A DNA stretch of 64,000 nucleotides from positions 16,621-80,620 of the forward strand of contig CANBAL010000005.1 of NCBI GenBank assembly GCA_947366545.1, in the 5' to 3' direction. This document shows positions 9,666-16,955 of the stretch, one piece after another. Source of the stretch: an uncultured Clostridia bacterium. Lineage in GTDB: Bacteria; Bacillota; Clostridia; Christensenellales; UBA1242. The notes under the pieces were generated by a model that had not been told where the DNA came from, ran no database searches, and saw only the letters and a list, made by a program, of their open reading frames with translations. A program made the position numbers and the translations under genes. Every line of letters begins with the position of its first letter. Position 1 is the first letter of the stretch.

Positions 9666-9745
9666 TTGAATTACCTCTACATTACCATTCTATAAATTTA
9701 TTTTTCTTTTGTTACACTCTCGGCAAAAATTTTTGGCACAGATTA

Positions 9746-9774
9746 TTGCAAAGGTAAAAAAGCGGGTTTACAAT
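9746..9774 (+). promoter_or_regulatory. Sigma-A-type promoter for the phage-derived module
   Basis: TTGCAA-17 bp-TACAAT, then SD AAGGAGG (9794-9800) and GTG start 9807. Confidence 0.6.
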
Positions 9775-9806
9775 TTGGGTACAAGCCGGCGGAAAGGAGG
9801 GCAGAA

Positions 9807-10106
9807 GTGGATGAAGAAGAGGAAGAGATAAAGAAAGCATTACTAAAAAAAGCCCTAGGGTACATGGCGGACGAGGTGGTTGAAGAATATGTGATGGGGG
9901 AGGACGGAGAGGAAAAACTTGCGAAGCGCAAGGTGACAAAAAAGCATGTCAGTCCTGACATTTCTGCAATTCGGGTCTTCCTAGAACGATATGACACCGA
10001 CCTGTCCAGCCAGATAAAAAATATGACGGATGAAGAACTTTATGCAGAAAAGGCAAAACTCATCAAACTATTAAAGGAGGAATATGATGGAGATTTATCA
10101 GTGTAA
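9807..10106 (+). CDS. Phage small-terminase-like protein (C-terminal part only)
   Basis: ALLKKALGY...KVTKKHVSPDISA resembles Firmicutes phage proteins that precede terL; position at start of head module. Confidence 0.6.
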   Translation: MDEEEEEIKKALLKKALGYMADEVVEEYVMGEDGEEKLAKRKVTKKHVSPDISAIRVFLERYDTDLSSQIKNMTDEELYAEKAKLIKLLKEEYDGDLSV

Positions 10107-10308
10107 ACAAAAGGTAAAGTGCGATTTTGCAGGTTGCAAAAATGTTGCAGATTACTCACTCGTCAAAAGCGGACTTCTAAGGCGAGATATCTGCTTATGC
10201 GAAGAGTGCATGCAGGAAATATATGAATGCATTTCAAAAGTTAGGGTGCCTAAGGCACTTGAAAGTCCATTTAAATTAAATAAGAGGTTGAAGAAAGATG
10301 AAAAGTAA
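10084..10308 (+). CDS. Small Cys-rich (putative Zn-binding) protein
   Basis: CDFAGC...CLCEEC; overlaps both neighbours; SD AAGGAGG. Confidence 0.6.
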   Translation: MMEIYQCKQKVKCDFAGCKNVADYSLVKSGLLRRDICLCEECMQEIYECISKVRVPKALESPFKLNKRLKKDEK

Positions 10309-12151
10309 AGAAAACAAATTAGTAGAAGAAGTGATAGAGGATTTTAAAGCAAGGTCACTTCAAAGAAAACCATTTGAAATTTCGTGGCAGATAAATATGA
10401 ATTTCCTTATGGGGAATCAGTATTGCAGTATCGGTTATGGCGGCGAAATTGAAGAAAGCGATAAAAGTTATTTTTGGCAGGAGCGTGAGGTGTTTAATCA
10501 TATTGCACCTATATACGATGTAAGATGTGCCAAACTTTCAAAAGCCAGACCACACTTTGTGGTAGTGCCTGCAACCAATGATGAGAGGGACAAGCAGGCG
10601 TCCAAGGTGTCTAAGAAGATACTTGACTCAGTGCAATATAAACTTGGCATGGAGAACTTAATTGAGCAGGCTATCAAGTGGAGCGAGGTTTGCGGAAGTG
10701 TTTTCTACAAAGTGACATGGAATGGCGAAAGGGGACAACTTATCGCAAAAGATGATGACGGACATGATATCCGTAGTGGAGAGGTTGAGGTTGAGGTAGT
10801 CAGTCCTTTTGAAATCTATCCCGATTCATCCACTCGTGAAAGTATCGAGGAGTGCGAAAGTATCATACACGCAAGAGTGCTTTCAGTAGAACAGATAAAA
10901 CAAATGTATGGCATAGAGGTGGCTGGCAAAACAATTAACTGTTACAGCCTTGACAATGTGTCCTCAGGCCTTGGTGGACTTGGTTATACCGCCACCGCCA
11001 CAAAACTTATAGAAGGTGCGCGTGCAAATAGTGGGCTTGTCCTTGAAAAGTATGTAAGGCCTAATGCGGAGTATCCAGAAGGCAGACTTATAATAGTCGC
11101 AGGTGAAAAACTTGTATATGACGGAAATTTACCATACCTATGCGGTGAAGATAAGACGAGAGATTTCCCTTTTGTAAGACAGATAAGTTTGGAAAAGACG
11201 GGATGTTTTTGGGGTGGCAGTGTAATAGAAAGATTGATACCTGTACAAAGGGCATATAACGCTGTCAAGAACAGAAAGCATGAGTTTATAAACCGCCTTA
11301 CCCTTGGTGTGCTTAGCGTTGAGGACGGGTCGGTTGACCTTGATAATCTTGAAGATGAAGGTCTTTGCCCAGGAAAGGTGCTTGTATATAGGCAGGGGGC
11401 AAATGCACCAAGGTATTTAAATGGTGAGGCTTTGCCTTCTGGTTTTGCCGATGAGGAGGAAAAACTTCTTGATGAATTCAATAGGGTGAGTGGGGTAAGT
11501 GACACCCTTGGCACTGACTATATGAATTCTAATATGAGTGGTACCGCACTTGAACTTATGATAGGACAGGATGAAGTGAGATTAAATACCACTTCACATA
11601 GTATACAGGCGGCGGCCTTAAATGTAATGAAAAAGGTGCTTAGACTATATAAGCAGTACGCCCTTTTCCCTCGCCTTGCAAGAATAATTGGTGAGAATGG
11701 TGAGATAGAGGCATTCTATTTCTCCTCAAATGACATATCAAGTGACGATGTCATAATTGACGCTCAGGATGATTTGGGAGATAGCATCACCACCAAACGC
11801 GAAATGGTATTTAATCTACTTAACGCGGGAGTGCTTTATGATGATGAGGGGAAACTCACAAACAGGATGAAGGGAAAAGTGTTGGAGATGCTTGGACTTG
11901 GGGCTTGGCAAAGCGCCCAAGATATACAAGAACTACACATAAAGAAAGCGGGAAATGAGAATTTGAAAATGCTTTCTGGGATTAATGTAACTGTCAGCGA
12001 GATAGATGAGGATGATTTACATATCTCAGAGCATATTGCGTTCATGCTGGGCAGCGATTATGAAAACGCAAAACAAAAAAATCCTAAACTTGAAGGAGTA
12101 TTTTTAAATCATATTAAAGAACATAAAAAAGCAAAAAAATCGGAGGAGTAG
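10298..12151 (+). CDS. Phage portal protein (P22-like)
   Basis: 617 aa; FLMGNQY, VFNHIAPI, VVPATNDERDKQAS, VVSPFEIYPD, IERLIPVQRAYN, FNRVSGVSD; position before scaffold and capsid. Confidence 0.8.
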   Translation: MKSKENKLVEEVIEDFKARSLQRKPFEISWQINMNFLMGNQYCSIGYGGEIEESDKSYFWQEREVFNHIAPIYDVRCAKLSKARPHFVVVPATNDERDKQASKVSKKILDSVQYKLGMENLIEQAIKWSEVCGSVFYKVTWNGERGQLIAKDDDGHDIRSGEVEVEVVSPFEIYPDSSTRESIEECESIIHARVLSVEQIKQMYGIEVAGKTINCYSLDNVSSGLGGLGYTATATKLIEGARANSGLVLEKYVRPNAEYPEGRLIIVAGEKLVYDGNLPYLCGEDKTRDFPFVRQISLEKTGCFWGGSVIERLIPVQRAYNAVKNRKHEFINRLTLGVLSVEDGSVDLDNLEDEGLCPGKVLVYRQGANAPRYLNGEALPSGFADEEEKLLDEFNRVSGVSDTLGTDYMNSNMSGTALELMIGQDEVRLNTTSHSIQAAALNVMKKVLRLYKQYALFPRLARIIGENGEIEAFYFSSNDISSDDVIIDAQDDLGDSITTKREMVFNLLNAGVLYDDEGKLTNRMKGKVLEMLGLGAWQSAQDIQELHIKKAGNENLKMLSGINVTVSEIDEDDLHISEHIAFMLGSDYENAKQKNPKLEGVFLNHIKEHKKAKKSEE

Positions 12152-12154
12152 AAT

Positions 12155-12766
12155 ATGGAAGAAATCAGAGAACAACCAGTTAAGGAACCGACAGATGTTT
12201 CGATTGAAACGAGTGAGACGAGAGTTGTGAGTGAAACTGGCTCTCAAAATGACACGGCTCGACAAGCACAGCCCGAGCAAGGTGAATATGGCAAGTTTAA
12301 ATCATTGGAGGCATTACTTTCTGCCTACACAAATTTAGAGGCCGAGTTTACCAAAAAGTGTCAAAGGCTTAGTCAACTTGAGAAAGAAAAAACAGGGGAA
12401 GGTGATATTGATGAAAAACTTTCCCAGTTCCTTTCAAAAAATGAGGAGGCTGGCTCTTATGCTGAGGAACTTAAAGAAATTGTAAGCACCGAGGCAGAAA
12501 CAGGGGAGTTCGATTCTGCACTTGCGAAGATAGTACTAAATCGCGTAGCGCAGAACAAAGTGGACGACCCTATGGTAAATCGTTACATACTTTCTAGTGA
12601 CGAATTGAAAAACAAGGTAATTGAAAATTATCTTAACGCTCTTAAGGAGCAAAAACCACCAGTTGTAATTTCTTCTCAAAAGGGTGAGAGGGTGTCAAGC
12701 ACTATGCCTGACACTCCAACCTCACTATCTGAGGCAAAAAAAGTGGTGGAAAAAATGTTTAGTTAA
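12155..12766 (+). CDS. Capsid scaffolding protein
   Basis: Acidic disordered N-terminus then GKFKSLEALLSAYTNLE (podovirus scaffold-type motif); between portal and capsid. Confidence 0.75.
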   Translation: MEEIREQPVKEPTDVSIETSETRVVSETGSQNDTARQAQPEQGEYGKFKSLEALLSAYTNLEAEFTKKCQRLSQLEKEKTGEGDIDEKLSQFLSKNEEAGSYAEELKEIVSTEAETGEFDSALAKIVLNRVAQNKVDDPMVNRYILSSDELKNKVIENYLNALKEQKPPVVISSQKGERVSSTMPDTPTSLSEAKKVVEKMFS

Positions 12767-12780
12767 AAAAGGAGAAAATT

Positions 12781-13980
12781 ATGGTAACATTACAAACAGC
12801 CGAAAACGCTTTGAAGTCTGTTTATCTTGGAGTGGTTGCTGACCAAATTAATATTTCAACAAGCCCACTTTTTGCAAAGATTAAACGCTCATCTAAAGAC
12901 ATATACGGCAAAGAAATTGTTAAAGCCGCTCCATTTGGGGTAAATGGCGGTTTCGGTGCTGGCGGGGAAACAGGACCTCTTCCAGTTGCTGGAAATAAAA
13001 ATTATGCTCAATTTAGGGCAACACTTAAAAACCTTTATGGTCAATTTGAAATCAGTGATAAGGCAGTACGCGCATCTGCAAGCAATGTAGGCGCATTTGT
13101 AAATCTTCTTGCTGACGAAATGGAAACACTTGTAAAATCTTGCAGTTTCAACCTTAACAGAATGCTTTATGGTGCAGGAGATGGCCTCGTAGCCACTGTA
13201 AGCAGCGTTGACGCCACAAATAAAGTGGTTACATGTGACAGCGTAAGAAATATAGTTGAAGGAATGATGCTTGATGTTTATGGCACTACTGGAAAAACAA
13301 ATACCGCTCCAGTAAAGGTGGTTGCAGTAGATAGAGCGTCAAATAAATTTAAATTTGAGGGCACTCATACTATCGCAGCCGCAAACAAATTATATGTTCA
13401 AGGCTCAAAAGATCAAGAACTTACCGGTATTGAAGCACTTTTCACAGGAGACACACTCTATGGTCTTAGCAAGAGCGATTATTACTGGCTTAAATCTTTC
13501 CAAGATAAAACAGAAGGCGAAATATCTGATATAAGGATTCAGACTGCTATTGACTTCCTTGAAGAAAATGCTGACTCAAAAATCAACTTCATCGCTACTT
13601 CAAGAAAGATAAGAAGAGCATATCAAGAGTATCTTAACATTTATAGAAAGAATGTAGATATTGTAGATCTTGGAAATGGTATTAAAACTATCACACATAA
13701 TGGCATCCCAGTATACGCTGATAGATTTGTAAAAGAAGGGGATATGTATTTACTTAATACAGACGACTTCACATTGTATGAACTTGGCGACTGGAGCTGG
13801 ATAGAGGACGAGGCTGGCAGAGTTATAAGACAAAACGCAGGCTATCCTACATATAGTGCAACCCTTGTAAAATATGGCGAACTCATTTGTGACAAACCAT
13901 ATGGACAAGGCAAGATATCAAACATATCTGCATCTGTAAACGATCCATACAAGACATATATACCAGATACTAACGCATAA
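12781..13980 (+). CDS. Phage major capsid protein
   Basis: 399 aa; TLKNLYGQFEISDKAVRAS, LNRMLYGAGDG, ELTGIEAL, HNGIPVYADRF..GDMYLLN; strong SD; followed by terminator. Confidence 0.85.
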   Translation: MVTLQTAENALKSVYLGVVADQINISTSPLFAKIKRSSKDIYGKEIVKAAPFGVNGGFGAGGETGPLPVAGNKNYAQFRATLKNLYGQFEISDKAVRASASNVGAFVNLLADEMETLVKSCSFNLNRMLYGAGDGLVATVSSVDATNKVVTCDSVRNIVEGMMLDVYGTTGKTNTAPVKVVAVDRASNKFKFEGTHTIAAANKLYVQGSKDQELTGIEALFTGDTLYGLSKSDYYWLKSFQDKTEGEISDIRIQTAIDFLEENADSKINFIATSRKIRRAYQEYLNIYRKNVDIVDLGNGIKTITHNGIPVYADRFVKEGDMYLLNTDDFTLYELGDWSWIEDEAGRVIRQNAGYPTYSATLVKYGELICDKPYGQGKISNISASVNDPYKTYIPDTNA

Positions 13981-14005
13981 AGCAAAAGCGAAGGCTTTTG
14001 CTTTT
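13979..14005 (+). terminator. Intrinsic terminator after the capsid gene
   Basis: AAAGCAAAAGC-GAAG-GCTTTTGCTTT. Confidence 0.8.
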
Positions 14006-14020
14006 ATTAAGGGAGGAAAA

Positions 14021-14338
14021 ATGAAGGATTATACTATAATCGAGCACGACCCACTATTTATTACAGATAGGCTGAGGGAAATAGATAAAACATATTTTGT
14101 ACTTTACAATTTAAAGCTTAAAAGGTATGAAGTGCATTCCAGCGGGCAGGCTGGCGGCAGTTATTGTTTCAGTTTGCCCTATTCCTCCCTTGATGAGAGA
14201 GCGGTGACCCAGTGCCTTCGCACAAGGCGGGAGAATATTGATAAAGTCATTAAAGAAATGGATGACGAAAATGAAAAATTACAAAAGCGTCTTGTGCGAA
14301 AGGCGATAGAAAAATATGTGGAGGTGAACATATGTTAG
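14021..14338 (+). CDS. Phage-module hypothetical protein
   Basis: SD GGGAGG; 105 aa; within the virion gene run. Confidence 0.65.
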   Translation: MKDYTIIEHDPLFITDRLREIDKTYFVLYNLKLKRYEVHSSGQAGGSYCFSLPYSSLDERAVTQCLRTRRENIDKVIKEMDDENEKLQKRLVRKAIEKYVEVNIC

Positions 14339-14895
14339 CATATGAAGTGATAAAAGCGGCGTGTCAGTTTTCTGATAATGACACTCTTGCCGATAAGATT
14401 TTGTCGGCGTCAGACTTCGACACTGATTTTACAGATGAGGAAAAGAAAACGCTTACAAGATATTTGGAGTGTCTAAACTATGTACAAGAAGAGGTAGCAA
14501 GCGAGTTTAAACCTCTTAAAGCCACCGAGACTTTCAAAACCGAAAATTTCAAAATAAATTTCAATGCTTTTAAAAAGATCCCGCTTCAAATACTTTCTGT
14601 CAAAGATAATAGAGGCGGAGGGGTAAAGTTTAAGGTATTTCCAACCTATCTTATGGCTTTTGCAAGTGAGGTTGAGGTCACTTATGGTGCTACTCCAATA
14701 AAACTTGATTATGACAGCCAAATAGAGGTGGATTTGCCGCAAAGAGTGCTTGGCTATGGCGTGGCACGGGAGTACTACCTAAGACAGGGGCTTACCGAAG
14801 ACGCTGAGATTTATGAAAACAGATTTAAGGGGAGTTTAAAACTCATTTTAAGAAAAAAGGCCGGCACCACTTTGCCTAGGAGGAGGTGGCTGTAA
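14332..14895 (+). CDS. Putative head-tail adaptor / tail tubular protein A-like
   Basis: 187 aa helix-beta-helix layout ending LGYGVAREYYL...AEIYENRF; position after capsid. Confidence 0.6.
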   Translation: MLAYEVIKAACQFSDNDTLADKILSASDFDTDFTDEEKKTLTRYLECLNYVQEEVASEFKPLKATETFKTENFKINFNAFKKIPLQILSVKDNRGGGVKFKVFPTYLMAFASEVEVTYGATPIKLDYDSQIEVDLPQRVLGYGVAREYYLRQGLTEDAEIYENRFKGSLKLILRKKAGTTLPRRRWL

Positions 14896-16367
14896 TGTTT
14901 AATGAAAATAAACTTAAAGTCACGAAAAAAGATAAAAAAATATTCAAGTTTGATTTTTTTAATAAGTGTCCTGCAAGTAGTAAAAATGATGAGGAAATGG
15001 CATATAGCGAGCCAAGGCTTTGTTACAACTTTAAGGTGACAAAAAGCGGACTAGAGAACGGTTATGGCGTGCGGGATTTACAAATGCCACTGTCCACCAC
15101 CAATCTTGAAACTGAGGCGGTGATTCCAATAAACGGAAACGAAGTAAGAAGAATGTGGAGTTTTACTTGGGAGGATAACAACGCAAATGTCCTGAAATAT
15201 TACCTGTTTTACTTTAACGAAAATCATCAAATAAATTATGAGAACCTATTTTGGTCAAGACCGATAAGAATTTCCTTTAACACTGAGTACACATCCACGC
15301 CGGTTGGTCTTAGTTATAGAATAAATGGTTATGACTATATGATATTTTCCACGCAGGACGGAGATGTTTATGTATTTGGTGCGGGCTATGATAAATATCT
15401 GGAAGGTGCACCAAAACTTATTTCCTGCTGTACCCATGATGATAGGCTTTATGCCCTTACAAGCAAGGCAAGGCATAGCCTTGTATATTCCACAAACCTT
15501 AATATTATGGAGTGGAAGGACGATACTACCCAGCACCTTGAGTTTAGTGATGAGCGTGGAAACCTTACCAAAGTAATGTCATTTAATGACTATCTTTATG
15601 TATTCCGCGAGTTCGGTATAACAAGGCTGTCAACCTATTCGACCTCTGGTGAATTTAGTATCCGCCACATCTTCCAGTCGACAAGTTATATTGAAGCCGG
15701 CTCTATTGCATCAAACGGAGAGGATGTATACTTCCTCACTACCGAAGGCTTTTACAGTTTCGATGGAAACTCTGTAAAAGAGGTGGAACTTGACTGTTTT
15801 TCGCAGATAGAAGATTTGTCAAAGTGTAGTGCAGAATGTTTTGAAAATAAATATTATCTTGCCTGCCGTATGAAGTTTGATGAGCGAAGTGAGGGATGTG
15901 AAAGCGGCGAGTATGTAAATAACGCCGTGCTTATCTATGACACTAAAAAAAGGAAGGTGGAGATTTTGCGAGGGATTGATGTGAACCAACTGCTTGCTTT
16001 AAACAATCCACTTAAAAGTAAACTTGTAATGTGCTTTAACGGCGATAAGGTGGGTCATGTGGGGGAACTTACTGATGGCGGCAAGTGCTTTAATCAAAGC
16101 CAGCATAAGGTATGGCAAAATTCTTTCTCAGACTTCGGTCTTGGAGAAGGTGTGAAAAAGGTAGAGCATTTTACGATAAAAACCTCGGCACCTTGCAAAG
16201 TGACATTAAAAAGTGAAAGAGAGACAAGGCAGTATTGCCTTAAAGGCGGGGAAGAAGTGAGGTTAATAAAAAGCGGACTTGTAGGAAGTCGTGTGCAAGT
16301 GACTATCGAAAGTGATAGTGACAAGATAAAAATTTCATCTTTTAAATTAATTTTGAGTGTGCAATGA
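14895..16367 (+). CDS. Putative tail nozzle / head stabilisation protein (P22 gp10 / tubular protein B-like beta-propeller)
   Basis: TAATG coupling; beta-rich blades such as HDDRLYA, FNDYLYVFREFGI, GSIASNGEDVYFLTTEGFYSFDG, AVLIYD. Confidence 0.65.
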   Translation: MFNENKLKVTKKDKKIFKFDFFNKCPASSKNDEEMAYSEPRLCYNFKVTKSGLENGYGVRDLQMPLSTTNLETEAVIPINGNEVRRMWSFTWEDNNANVLKYYLFYFNENHQINYENLFWSRPIRISFNTEYTSTPVGLSYRINGYDYMIFSTQDGDVYVFGAGYDKYLEGAPKLISCCTHDDRLYALTSKARHSLVYSTNLNIMEWKDDTTQHLEFSDERGNLTKVMSFNDYLYVFREFGITRLSTYSTSGEFSIRHIFQSTSYIEAGSIASNGEDVYFLTTEGFYSFDGNSVKEVELDCFSQIEDLSKCSAECFENKYYLACRMKFDERSEGCESGEYVNNAVLIYDTKKRKVEILRGIDVNQLLALNNPLKSKLVMCFNGDKVGHVGELTDGGKCFNQSQHKVWQNSFSDFGLGEGVKKVEHFTIKTSAPCKVTLKSERETRQYCLKGGEEVRLIKSGLVGSRVQVTIESDSDKIKISSFKLILSVQ

Positions 16368-16484
16368 TAGTTTTCAATATGAATCACATAAAGTTCGTCA
16401 ATAGAAAAAAGTTAATTGAAGAGGAGAAACTTATGGAAGATATATTCAAAAAATCGGAGAAAACACAACTGGCGAAAAAGCAAA

Positions 16485-16718
16485 ATGGGAATTTGGAATG
16501 AAATCATAAGTGTGGTTGTAAGCAATGGAATATTTGCCACACTTTTTGTATTCTTGTTTTTTTATCAATTAAAAGATAGTTCAAAACGCGAAAAGGCCTA
16601 TCAGGAAACGATAGAAAACCTTACCGAGCATCTGCAGATAATCGAAGATGTAAGGGAGGAGGTAACCGAACTTAAACAACATATACTTAAGGAGGAAGAA
16701 AGTGAAAGAGAAGATTAA
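16485..16718 (+). CDS. BhlA/UviB-like holin
   Basis: SNGIFATLFVFLFFYQLKDSSKREKAYQETIENL; single TM followed by coiled coil. Confidence 0.8.
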   Translation: MGIWNEIISVVVSNGIFATLFVFLFFYQLKDSSKREKAYQETIENLTEHLQIIEDVREEVTELKQHILKEEESERED

Positions 16719-16941
16719 ATCTTATGGCTTTTGGACGGCACTGGCAGGTGCCATGGTAGTGCTTGTGGACGCACTTGGCGATTTGTTTGGCTTTAGTGTC
16801 AGCGATGAGATAGTGTCAGGTGTTGTAATGGCGGTTGCAGGTGTGCTTGTGGTGCTTGGTGTAGTCACCATGCCAAAAGGCGAAAAAAAACCACCTAGTG
16901 AAGAAACTGATAAAGATGACGAAGAAAAAGAGGGAGAGTAA
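16702..16941 (+). CDS. Second holin-like two-TM protein
   Basis: KIKSYGFWTALAG, two TMs, VLVVLGVVTMP, charged tail; GTG start with SD AAGGAGG. Confidence 0.7.
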   Translation: MKEKIKSYGFWTALAGAMVVLVDALGDLFGFSVSDEIVSGVVMAVAGVLVVLGVVTMPKGEKKPPSEETDKDDEEKEGE

Positions 16942-16953
16942 CTCCCTCTTTTT
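16925..16953. terminator. Bidirectional terminator closing the phage-derived module
   Basis: AAAAAGAGGGAG-AGTAA-CTCCCTCTTTTT. Confidence 0.85.
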
Positions 16954-16955
16954 TA

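Larger units (their letters stand above)
9807..16941 (+). mobile_element. Phage-derived (podovirus-like) virion-assembly module without integrase, large terminase or replication genes
   Basis: Canonical gene order TerS-like, portal, scaffold, capsid, adaptor, nozzle-like, holins; all ORFs intact and coupled; no att repeats seen. Confidence 0.85.

Noticed and set aside
12781-13980. Encapsulin nanocompartment
   Set aside because: Accompanied by portal, scaffold and neck genes rather than a cargo enzyme, which is a virion-type context
9807-16941. Complete inducible prophage
   Set aside because: No integrase, repressor, replication genes, large terminase, lysin or att repeats; only about 7 kb
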